64,000 bases of DNA from a virus (taxonomy: Duplodnaviria; Caudoviricetes). Numbering within the stretch: position 1 is the first letter of the stretch; the number at the start of each line of letters is the position of its first letter. Positions 38,445 through 46,656 of this stretch are shown here, in pieces. The stretch covers positions 741-64,740 of the IMG/VR virus record IMGVR_UViG_3300034102_001739. One strand, 5' to 3'. The translations under genes were made by a program, and so were the position numbers. The notes beneath the pieces are model-generated. The model did not search any database. It saw only the letters and a program-made list of their open reading frames with translations, and was not told where the DNA came from.

Positions 38445-38729
38445 TTATTCGGTTGCTTTTTTGATTGCTTTATGTATAATTGATAAAATACCATTTCCGA
38501 TTACTGGACATCCTTTATCCGCACATCTTTTTTCAAAAGCTAAAACCTCGTTAAGTGCTTCCAATAGTTCAGGTGCTGCAGCTATAAGTTTGGCGTTAGC
38601 CAACCCATCATGTCCTCCGTATACAGTTGCAATACCTAGTGGAAACTTGGGTGTAGATATCACTATACTATGGGCGGGATTCTCTTTATTTTCAAACGTC
38701 CATTCTCCTTTAGTGTGTTTTGTTTTCAT
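38445..38729 (-). CDS. small phage protein of the HTxGxW...ANAxLIAAAPELLEAL type
   Basis: KHTKGEW...ANAKLIAAAPELLEAL. Confidence 0.75.
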   Translation of the reverse strand: MKTKHTKGEWTFENKENPAHSIVISTPKFPLGIATVYGGHDGLANAKLIAAAPELLEALNEVLAFEKRCADKGCPVIGNGILSIIHKAIKKATE

Positions 38730-38760
38730 AATTCAATCGGTTAACCACCACCGAAAGTTT

Positions 38761-39228
38761 CTAGTCTATATACTTTGTAAGCATTCCATGTTCCTCGAAA
38801 GAAAAATAACTGTAGTCTGGACCTATGATAATATGGTCTACTACTTTTATACCGAACAACTCTAACGCCTTTGTAATTCTGTGGGTGATGTTCTCGTCTT
38901 CCTTACTTGGTCTAGTCTCTCCACTTGGGTGGTTATGTGCCAATATGACCCCTGCCGATAAACTTTCTACCGCATATTTTGCTACGATTTTTACGTCCAC
39001 TACTGTTCCAGCCGTTCCACCTTGTGAAATTTTTACGTAACCCGTAGTGATGTTTGCTCTGTTCAATAGGACTAAGAAAAAGCTCTCGTATATCTCCAAA
39101 TCGTCTCCGTAGAACTTTCTAACGAACTCTACTGCGTCAATGCTTTTAGTTATCTTGACTTTTGGAAAATCGCTTTTCTCTGCTTTCAGTGATAGGTTAC
39201 TGACTGTACTCTTATACTTTTTGACCAT
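38761..39228 (-). CDS. RadC-like JAB domain protein
   Basis: ESFFLVLLN, ISQGG, ILAHNHPSG, PSKED, VVDHIII. Confidence 0.9.
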   Translation of the reverse strand: MVKKYKSTVSNLSLKAEKSDFPKVKITKSIDAVEFVRKFYGDDLEIYESFFLVLLNRANITTGYVKISQGGTAGTVVDVKIVAKYAVESLSAGVILAHNHPSGETRPSKEDENITHRITKALELFGIKVVDHIIIGPDYSYFSFEEHGMLTKYID

Positions 39229-39229
39229 A

Positions 39230-39424
39230 CTATTCCGTTTTTTCTTTGTTGATAAAATGTTTACATAAGGTTCTACAACTAGTACCTAGATAGTTTTCTA
39301 CCTTAGTAGATTTTACACCGTTTCTTACATCTTCGTACCATTGTTGAAGTCTTGCGCAATAACATCCGGTAGGACAGTCTGTACATTCGCATCTTGTTTC
39401 CTCGGCTGATAGATACTTACTCAT
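39230..39424 (-). CDS. Cys-rich small protein
   Basis: CECTDCP..CYC...CRTLCKH; start probably MSKY. Confidence 0.6.
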   Translation of the reverse strand: MSKYLSAEETRCECTDCPTGCYCARLQQWYEDVRNGVKSTKVENYLGTSCRTLCKHFINKEKTE

Positions 39425-39632
39425 GCTCTTCCTCCTTAACTTCTCCATCGATAATTTCTATTTCCTCCATAGAGGACATCCAACAGATATTACTCAATAG
39501 GTGATCCGTATTATTTACAATCCAGCTTTCTGCATCAAAGGATTCTTTTACTTTCTGAAACTTTATCTCCTTGTACATTGTAACAGTATTACAACTGTAA
39601 TCCATTACCACGATATTCCATATCTCTTCCAT
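39417..39632 (-). CDS. hypothetical acidic protein
   Basis: 71 aa ORF. Confidence 0.6.
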   Translation of the reverse strand: MEEIWNIVVMDYSCNTVTMYKEIKFQKVKESFDAESWIVNNTDHLLSNICWMSSMEEIEIIDGEVKEEEHE

Positions 39633-39644
39633 GGCTTTTTACTT

Positions 39645-39965
39645 TTAAGGTTTAGTTATCTTGAACTGTGTCTCTGGTTTCCCCAAAGCCTCTACTAACT
39701 TTGAGAATCGAGATATGCTTCTGAGTTCCGTGGTAAAAGGAATTGTCGGCTTATAAGGGTTGACATCCTTTTCATATCTTGTTATGATATCCACCACACT
39801 TTCCTCTGAGGGAATTTCCGACTGAATAAAAGATATGTAATCTGTACTAGTTGTCCCACCCTTAACTCTTTTTCTTTGTACTCTGACAACATGAATATTC
39901 CCTACCGTTGCCTTATCTTTTAACGCATAAGTTACTTTTGCGCCTAACCATTTGTCTCTAGCCAT
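39645..39965 (-). CDS. hypothetical protein
   Basis: 106 aa ORF. Confidence 0.65.
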   Translation of the reverse strand: MARDKWLGAKVTYALKDKATVGNIHVVRVQRKRVKGGTTSTDYISFIQSEIPSEESVVDIITRYEKDVNPYKPTIPFTTELRSISRFSKLVEALGKPETQFKITKP

Positions 39966-40224
39966 AGATTAAATCGTTTAAAAAGTTTGATTCCTCTTCT
40001 GTTATCTCTTTCCACTTTGCTATTTCGCAGGTTAACTCCCCATCGAACCAACAATGTTTATCTTTTCTGCTTTCTCTGTACCCATATCCCCAATAACTAA
40101 ATTGGTAGTACAATACTGCAAATTCTAAACTCTCGCAATTGGTAGAAAATACAGTTCTGTGATTGTGTTCTCTCTCCCCATCATGTATGAGTAGGTCGAT
40201 GTAAATGTGTCTTGTTCTTGCCAT
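39958..40224 (-). CDS. hypothetical protein
   Basis: 88 aa ORF. Confidence 0.65.
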   Translation of the reverse strand: MARTRHIYIDLLIHDGEREHNHRTVFSTNCESLEFAVLYYQFSYWGYGYRESRKDKHCWFDGELTCEIAKWKEITEEESNFLNDLIYG

Positions 40225-40229
40225 GATTT

Positions 40230-40457
40230 CTAATTTTCTTTATGACTGGTTATTCTAAATTTTCCGTTATCTATTACAATGTTTTTTACTTCTGAATCCT
40301 TCCATTCTGCCATTTCTTTGATTTTAGTAAGGAGTTTGACCTCTCCAATATCCTTATGGATTTTGAACACTACTGTATTCTCGTAGTAGCCTACTAGGGA
40401 CAATTCCTTATCCCTTAGTAGTGCCACTTCTATTTCTGCTCTTACGCTCTTACCCAT
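40230..40457 (-). CDS. hypothetical protein
   Basis: 75 aa ORF. Confidence 0.6.
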   Translation of the reverse strand: MGKSVRAEIEVALLRDKELSLVGYYENTVVFKIHKDIGEVKLLTKIKEMAEWKDSEVKNIVIDNGKFRITSHKEN

Positions 40458-41611
40458 TTGTCTGTTTTTAAAAGTCCTATTCCACCTCTAACTGTTACAC
40501 CTCCCTCTACCTCAGTGATTTTTGTGTACTTCCATTCCACACCGTTAAACAGTAGTATTCTTTCTCCTACCTCAAATCCTCCGTAGATTAAATCCTGTGG
40601 CGCATTATAGTTTACACTGCCAAACAGTGCTGTTAATAATTCCGCATTCTCGATGTTGTTCTCCAACACTCTTTCCTCATACACTACTGACAAGTCCGAT
40701 ACAATTGGATTCCGTAATAGACTAACTTTGTCAATCTCCCCCTTAGCGAATTTCATTAACTGTGGCATCGCTTTTGGTACTAATGCTAACAGATAGTTAG
40801 TCAAAAATGGTACCGCTGGGGTAAGTTCTCCATCCACTTGAATTTTATCGCCCACTAGGTCTCCCACATACTCGAACTCTGGCATCTGTGTTCCAACAAA
40901 CTTGTAAGGGGCTTTCTTTACTGTTTCCTCGAATGTTTCCGTAACGGTAATCTCCTCTATCAAGTTTAGTAATTTGTTGTAACGGATTCTCTTTTCTTTC
41001 CAATCTTTTACTACCGCATTTACTTTGCGTTTCCATTTTTTGAACGGTATCATATCCGGAAAAGTAGTTGGGTCAAACTTACTATCAACCCCCTCCTTGA
41101 CTTGGCTAATCTTGTGGAGTACTTTCTTTTGAAGTTTTTTGTAGTCCACTTCCACTGTCTCCACCTCTTCAGCTTTTACTTTTTCGATAAACTTTGACGA
41201 CCTAGCTTCTGCTAATGCCTTGCCCAACTCTGTTGCTGCCACAAGCTCCTCACTAGTGTGTTGTTTGATAGGTTTCTTGAAAAACTCGACCAACTCCTTT
41301 GGTGTAGGAACACAATCAAACTCTGTTTCCACTACTTTGTATTTGTTGTTGGTATCCTCAATCATAAAACCTCCCTCGTGTGTGAATGAGATTCTGTAAC
41401 CTCTGAACATTAGCTTTCCCTTTTTAATTGGAGCATCTTCCTCGAACTTATCCTTTAAATGTCTTTGGTAGGTAGTTAGTGGAATACTCAAATCTCCTAG
41501 GTCGATATTAATATCTGAGAAGTCTCTCATAACCTTTTTGCACTTGTTTGTTTTTACGTCGATAGTGTAAAGGTCTCCGTTAGCTGATGTTTGTACGTTT
41601 AAAGTTTCCAT
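40442..41611 (-). CDS. hypothetical multidomain early protein
   Basis: 389 aa; C-terminal SH3-like GFEVGERILLFNGVEWKYTKITEV. Confidence 0.75.
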   Translation of the reverse strand: METLNVQTSANGDLYTIDVKTNKCKKVMRDFSDINIDLGDLSIPLTTYQRHLKDKFEEDAPIKKGKLMFRGYRISFTHEGGFMIEDTNNKYKVVETEFDCVPTPKELVEFFKKPIKQHTSEELVAATELGKALAEARSSKFIEKVKAEEVETVEVDYKKLQKKVLHKISQVKEGVDSKFDPTTFPDMIPFKKWKRKVNAVVKDWKEKRIRYNKLLNLIEEITVTETFEETVKKAPYKFVGTQMPEFEYVGDLVGDKIQVDGELTPAVPFLTNYLLALVPKAMPQLMKFAKGEIDKVSLLRNPIVSDLSVVYEERVLENNIENAELLTALFGSVNYNAPQDLIYGGFEVGERILLFNGVEWKYTKITEVEGGVTVRGGIGLLKTDKWVRA

Positions 41612-41651
41612 GGTGTTTACGGTTTTAATGTGGTTTATTGTTGTTTTTGTA

Positions 41652-41876
41652 TTACTTTCTGATTGGTTGTTTACGTTTAGTCACTGGGTACTTTCCTTTG
41701 ATATATTTACTGAAATATCTACCCATACTTACTGCTTTTTTCAATCTACTAACTTTCTGTCTGGTTATTCCCTCATAGTAGTAGAACATTCCGTTAATTG
41801 TGATCCGTAGTTTATTAGTTTCTGCCTCGAATTTTATATCAGTTATGAAACTGCTGTTTGTTGTTATTGTTTCCAT
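41652..41876 (-). CDS. KTSC domain protein
   Basis: NSSFITDIKFE...LRITING..YYYEGI...SMGRYFSKYIKGKY. Confidence 0.85.
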   Translation of the reverse strand: METITTNSSFITDIKFEAETNKLRITINGMFYYYEGITRQKVSRLKKAVSMGRYFSKYIKGKYPVTKRKQPIRK

Positions 41877-41880
41877 ATTC

Positions 41881-42627
41881 CTATCCGTTTAATCTTTCTG
41901 TGGTAAAATACTCCCAAATTCTTTCGTCGATATAGCTTTTCTTACAAACTCCGACTGTATTATTCAAATGATTTGATACTTCCTCCGCTATTTCTCTAAC
42001 CTCTGCATTCAACTCTCTTTTTGTACTGGGGACTTCCCGTTCCATGACCGACTGTAATTTGTCCCATGCGACCATATTCGCTTTCAGTGTCCTAAAATCC
42101 TTTGGTGTAAACTGTTTCCCGACTGTTTTCCCAACAAACTTACTTAGCTGATAATCTGTTATCCCAAATAAAGTATCCTCTCCTACTCTGTCCTTAGCCA
42201 CTTTACGTAACTGCCGACACAACTCCCCATATACTTTAAAACTATTCTCAACTTGTTTTTTACCCAAAAAATACAAACTTCCACTTCTGCTGGTAAACGA
42301 AACGTGTTCCACTTTCAAGGTAGTCAGTCCATAAGTTTGTACGAACATCGGTTCTGCTTTACTGTTTGGATGTGGTTTTGTGATATATCCCTCTGCGCTT
42401 CCCTCATTCCCAATCCGTATCCCTGTCCACATCATCAATTTCAATCCTAGTGCCAATCTAGCTTGTTCAGAACAATAATTCCCTCTTACTATGAATCCAT
42501 CCAACTTTTCATCCAAACTTTCGAACATTCTAGCCAATTTTACAACTCGGTTGAATTTCGAGGTATTGCTACCTCTACTCTTCCCGAAGAAACCATACTC
42601 GGTTCCATTGATAATTACAGTTTCCAT
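41881..42627 (-). CDS. type IB DNA topoisomerase, catalytic domain only
   Basis: TGIRIGNE, YGLTTL, FLGKK, FTPKDFRT, HLNNT...CKKSYI: full R-K-R-N-Y pentad. Confidence 0.88.
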   Translation of the reverse strand: METVIINGTEYGFFGKSRGSNTSKFNRVVKLARMFESLDEKLDGFIVRGNYCSEQARLALGLKLMMWTGIRIGNEGSAEGYITKPHPNSKAEPMFVQTYGLTTLKVEHVSFTSRSGSLYFLGKKQVENSFKVYGELCRQLRKVAKDRVGEDTLFGITDYQLSKFVGKTVGKQFTPKDFRTLKANMVAWDKLQSVMEREVPSTKRELNAEVREIAEEVSNHLNNTVGVCKKSYIDERIWEYFTTERLNG

Positions 42628-43079
42628 TATCTTATAGTTGCTCCACTGACAAATCTTTGCGCTCTCTCTGTAATTTCCTCTACATCCTCACTGTAATCAA
42701 TACATGAGTCCAAATCTCCGTAACAGTAAGTGTCATCTTCTCTGTCCACCCAAACTCTGCGTACTTCCAAACCTCTGAATGTTTCTGCTGACATATTAAA
42801 AAACGTTCCGTCCCATTCTGCAGCAACTTTCATTTTTCTAAGAGTACGTTGAAGTTTAGCCACCATCCGAATATACTTAGATTCTGCTTTCCCAACATAA
42901 TTAGAAATCTTATGACTACTTTCTCCGATGTATTCCGGGTCAAAAGGTTCTAGTACTTCTTTCTCTACTTCTTTCTCCTTTCTAATTCTGTAACTGATTT
43001 TTTGCCCTCTAGTAGTGTAATCACTGTTATCTGTAATGATAACGATTTTCTCTCCATTTACGATTCTAGTTGTTTTCAT
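42627..43079 (-). CDS. hypothetical early protein
   Basis: 150 aa ORF. Confidence 0.7.
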   Translation of the reverse strand: MKTTRIVNGEKIVIITDNSDYTTRGQKISYRIRKEKEVEKEVLEPFDPEYIGESSHKISNYVGKAESKYIRMVAKLQRTLRKMKVAAEWDGTFFNMSAETFRGLEVRRVWVDREDDTYCYGDLDSCIDYSEDVEEITERAQRFVSGATIR

Positions 43080-43105
43080 GTTTTTAGCGGTTTTAGTGTT
43101 GTATT

Positions 43106-43363
43106 TTATAGGTTAATTGCTACTGGATTTTGCTCCATGATGTAAAGAGCTACAAAAGCTATGTTTTCGGGCTTTGTTCTACCCACAGTACACCAATTTT
43201 GTTTTTGTTTACCATCTTTTGTTTGTACTACTACCAAAATAGTATTGCATACGTGTTTTCTAGTGAAGTCATTAAACATTCTAGTAATGTTATTATTAAT
43301 CTCTCTAACTCTCTTTGAGTCAAAAACTCCACTGAATAATTCTGTTGGTTTTGGGGTTTTCAT
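43106..43363 (-). CDS. hypothetical early protein
   Basis: 85 aa ORF with TAAAAACC leader. Confidence 0.65.
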   Translation of the reverse strand: MKTPKPTELFSGVFDSKRVREINNNITRMFNDFTRKHVCNTILVVVQTKDGKQKQNWCTVGRTKPENIAFVALYIMEQNPVAINL

Positions 43364-43390
43364 AATCTTACGGTTTTTAAATTATTTCTT

Positions 43391-43492
43391 TCACGCTGGC
43401 ATATCATCGAAATGAGTAGTTAAGTCTATTTTCTTTGCTGCTGTTGATTCGCAAGGAGCTGAATCTAACTCGTCATAACTTATTGTTTTCAT
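43391..43492 (-). CDS. 33-aa acidic peptide, first gene after the early promoter (not in ORF track)
   Basis: MKTISYDELDSAPCESTAAKKIDLTTHFDDMPA; same TAAAACC..AAGATTATG leader as the next gene. Confidence 0.55.
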   Translation of the reverse strand: MKTISYDELDSAPCESTAAKKIDLTTHFDDMPA

Positions 43493-43538
43493 AATCTTGT
43501 GGTTTTAGTTGTTTTTATTGTTGTTATTTAAACATACA

Positions 43539-43568
43539 CAAAGATAAGTATTGTAATTACAATAACAA
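43539..43568 (-). promoter_or_regulatory. early Bacteroidota sigma-A-type promoter
   Basis: TTG-N19-TATCTTTG at the edge of the non-coding region. Confidence 0.75.
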
Positions 43569-43569
43569 T

Positions 43570-45210
43570 ACATATTCAGTTAAAATTTCACTGTAAATAT
43601 GTTAAAAATACTGTTTTTACACACAGTTACGGACTGTTTTACATACGGGGAACACCTCATAGATACTTACTATAACCACCCACATACTGATAGACACCCG
43701 CTATACTACATAACTACAACTCCCACCCGTACTCCCCACCGATTTTTAGCCCCCACACACTACCCACACGTACACAACTACACACACAATCTCGTGTATT
43801 GTTATAACAACAATTATGTCCGGTCTTTTAAATTCCATTTTTACTTATACGTACTACCCCAAGCAACACCCAATAAAAATCGCATTTAAGGGGCGGGGGT
43901 CTCTACTCTCTATACTACTTACTAATAACATCACACTCCACTCCTGCGCAAAATTATTTTCCTAGCTAGTTATTTCTAGTTACTCCTCCCGCTTATTTTT
44001 ATTTTATTTTATTACTTTCTCCTAATTCTAATTTGTGCATTTTAATTTTCCCAATCTAATTTCTAATTTAATTTTTGCGCCGTTTAGATTTCTAATTAGT
44101 TATTTCTAATTTTCTAAAATCTAATTAGCAATTTTCTAATCTAAAAAATCGCTGAGTAATTTTCTAATTAGAATTTCTAGTTACAGTAAATAAGAATCTA
44201 ATCAGAATAATCTAATTTCTAATTTGCGGGGAAAATAAAATTAGCTTATCAGTTATATAGTATGTAGGTAATAGGGAATACTACACAACTCTACCGCTAA
44301 TTTAATTCTAACTAGCTAATTTAATTCTAGCTACGCTTATTTAATTCTAGTTACTGCTAATTACTAATTAAAATCAAATTATCATTTTGATAGTTCGATT
44401 TTCTACTTTTTTATATATCCTCGGGAAAAAACCGTGCCTTTTTCTAATTAGAACAAATTAGAATCTAATTTTCTGACACTTTGAAAGCAAAACGTTACGT
44501 GCGTGACAAAATGTCAAATCGTAAAGCCCAAATCCTTGAGATATTTTGCGCTAAACAAGGAAAATGCCCGTAAAATTAAAATCTAATCAATTATAATAGT
44601 AAATTCTTATCAGTAATAGTAGTAATATAACACGCAGTATAAGTAATTAATCTCTCTGCGTAGCGTAATTTAATTTCTAATTAGCCAATTCTAGTTAGCC
44701 AGTTGTTGTTATCACAATACTTGTAGCTTCATAACTAGCTGAATATCAATAAATTCTAATTTTACTTCTCTCTGCGTGTGCTAGCTGTAGCTAATTTTTC
44801 TAATTCTGTCAACTCTGTCTAGCTTAGCTGAGTTAATAGTTTCACACACTTATTACTCCATATACATACTACTCCTATTACATACATATACTTATACTAT
44901 TATACAATACTTATCCACAATTACTGCCCGTTTTCTTGTTTCCGTTTTCTAGTTACTGACTACTTACTCCTATAACCGCCTTTATACCTACCTACTACTT
45001 TGGTTTATCCTAGATACTACTACCTTATTCTACTTCTTACTATCCTTTATAATACTAGCTTTACATAGTATTTTTACCCCTCCGCCCGATTTTTTATTTT
45101 TGGGTACGAAAAAAGGGACTTCCTAGAACCGAAATTCTAGGTTGCCCCCACTTATCAGTACTTTTATTAGTACTTTATCATTTTCCTGACATCGGGAATA
45201 TGATACTTCC
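43570..45210. other. long non-coding region, candidate replication origin or genome terminus
   Basis: About 1.7 kb without a credible ORF in an otherwise gene-dense genome; strong strand skew; dense CTAATT/TTCTA repeats. Confidence 0.6.
44296..44362. repeat. tandem 19-21 bp iteron-like repeats
   Basis: gctaatttaattctaacta / gctaatttaattctagctac / gcttatttaattctagttact / gctaatt. Confidence 0.7.
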
Positions 45211-45212
45211 CT

Positions 45213-45362
45213 CTACTTTTTCGTTATAAAGAATACCCAGCTACTTACATTGGGGTGTTCCCACCGCCAAATTTTATACTTCAGATATCCTCCACCAAAT
45301 GTAATTAGTAATAATATCCCCACTGCTAACCACAGATTAAGTATTTCCTTGTCTTTTTTCAT
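45213..45362 (-). CDS. small membrane protein
   Basis: MKKDKEILNLWLAVGILLLITFGGGYLKYKIW...; start moved to the ATG at 45362. Confidence 0.55.
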   Translation of the reverse strand: MKKDKEILNLWLAVGILLLITFGGGYLKYKIWRWEHPNVSSWVFFITKK

Positions 45363-45649
45363 AGTTGTATATCGCTGAAATCTGGTTCTACCTCCGTAAC
45401 TGACAACTGCGCAGGGAATACTTTTTTCCACAAACTGATGAAGACTTCTCTCTTCATACTGTTTAGTTTATTATTCCCATCGTATAATCTACTCTCGTAC
45501 ACATTTATGCTATTTCCATCCTCAAAATATAAGGTGTATCTTTGCCACGCTGGTTCTCCGAATATCGCTGATACTCTTACTACTCTGAATAGATTGATTG
45601 TATCTTCTCCCAAATCTACTATGGGATTTCTTTCATTTACTTCTGTCAT
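45359..45649 (-). CDS. hypothetical protein
   Basis: 96 aa ORF. Confidence 0.65.
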   Translation of the reverse strand: MTEVNERNPIVDLGEDTINLFRVVRVSAIFGEPAWQRYTLYFEDGNSINVYESRLYDGNNKLNSMKREVFISLWKKVFPAQLSVTEVEPDFSDIQL

Positions 45650-45651
45650 AA

Positions 45652-45867
45652 TTACATCATTTTACAAGTATTACATACGCAACTTTTTAAAACTAGATCA
45701 TGTTCCTCCGGCATTTGTGCCAAAGCATTTCCCTCCGAAATTTTTGCTAGGAAGAACTGTAACATATTACTCTGAGATTCTGTTAACCCTATTTGTAGTA
45801 TTCTACCATTGGGTTGTTGTTGGATTAGCCCTATTACTCCGGGCTTTAAATTTTCGTGGTAACTCAT
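45652..45867 (-). CDS. hypothetical protein
   Basis: Probable start MSYHENLK; the upstream extension overlaps the tRNA-like element. Confidence 0.6.
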   Translation of the reverse strand: MSYHENLKPGVIGLIQQQPNGRILQIGLTESQSNMLQFFLAKISEGNALAQMPEEHDLVLKSCVCNTCKMM

Positions 45868-45888
45868 ACGCTTTTTTATTTTAGTGTG

Positions 45889-45994
45889 AAGTCGGTACAG
45901 GATTCGAACCTGTAAGTTTTCTGTAGAAGAAAACAGCTCGTAAGCCAAAAAGATTATTTGCGTCTTATTATTTTGCCAATTTCGCCAACCGACT
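45889..45994 (-). tRNA. tRNA-like element with non-canonical anticodon region (pseudo-tRNA or tRNA mimic)
   Basis: Acceptor AGTCGGT/ACCGACT, D-arm TGGCGAAATTGG...GACGC, perfect T-arm ACAGG-TTCGAAT-CCTGT, 7-bp variable stem; no 5-bp/7-nt anticodon arm and no encoded CCA. Confidence 0.65.
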
Positions 45995-46007
45995 AACTAG
46001 TTAGGAA

Positions 46008-46230
46008 AAACCAATCTCAGTCCTTGCAGTGGAATAATAGATATTTTTATCCTTACTTCCTCATGACGATAAGTTCAATGCTTACAACAAATCGACCTCC
46101 ATAATATTATTATAGCTATTACATCTAACAAAAATGACCTACTGCATTAGGTCGAGTAACTACGCTTACTGGAGGTTATCCTGTGGAAACCATTACATAG
46201 CTACCTATTGCTTCAATCTGAGATTGGTTT
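46008..46230 (-). ncRNA. candidate structured ncRNA (~220 nt)
   Basis: 13-bp closing stem AAACCAATCTCAG/CTGAGATTGGTTT, internal helices and two possible pseudoknots; no ORF in the track; strand inferred from context. Confidence 0.55.
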
Positions 46231-46241
46231 ATTTATGTCTA

Positions 46242-46649
46242 CTACTTTTGCGCTTTTTCTAAAATACTTAACGCTTCTGTTATTGCAGCTAAACGAGCCT
46301 GTGGGTATGTTTCGCTTACTCCTTTATTCCTAACCTCCCGCAAATTTTCAAGAGTTATTGCCCCGAAATTGTATAACCATCCCTCTAGTATTCCTCCCCC
46401 GAAAATGGGTAGAATTATGAAACGAAGACTATGTTTCTCTCTTAACCAATCTTCTACCTGTTGCCAAAGAGGGATAGCCACACTGTACTTACCACAAGCT
46501 GAATTAGCCATCGGTTTTTGTATAATTCCTGAGCTGTTTGGGCTATAAGGTTTTTCTTCCCTTATGAGGTTTACCATTAAACAAGGTTCATCAAACCCTA
46601 ATTTTTTAGCTCTTAAAGCTACCTCTAATGTTACAAATTCTTTTTCCAT
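46242..46649 (-). CDS. hypothetical protein
   Basis: EFVTLEVALRAKKLGFDEPC...PLWQQVEDWLREKH...TYPQARLAAI, a pattern typical of Bacteroidota phage proteins. Confidence 0.7.
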   Translation of the reverse strand: MEKEFVTLEVALRAKKLGFDEPCLMVNLIREEKPYSPNSSGIIQKPMANSACGKYSVAIPLWQQVEDWLREKHSLRFIILPIFGGGILEGWLYNFGAITLENLREVRNKGVSETYPQARLAAITEALSILEKAQK

Positions 46650-46656
46650 GCTCCTA

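Noticed and set aside
41881-42627. Integrase or prophage status
   Set aside because: Motifs match type IB topoisomerase, and no repressor switch, att site or host genes are present in the window
43599-43889. 96-aa plus-strand ORF rich in H, T, Y and P
   Set aside because: Composition simply reflects the C/A-rich low-complexity tract of the non-coding region
43960-44830. CRISPR array or mini-array
   Set aside because: Repeats are short, degenerate and irregularly spaced, with no constant repeat-spacer period and no cas genes
45850-45889. Theta (HDV-like) ribozyme after the tRNA-like element
   Set aside because: The downstream sequence is a short A-rich leader running into an ATG, with no room for the nested pseudoknot
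46008-46230. Retron msr-msd, suggested by the terminal inverted repeats
   Set aside because: No reverse transcriptase in the window and no long msd hairpin; kept only as a generic ncRNA candidate
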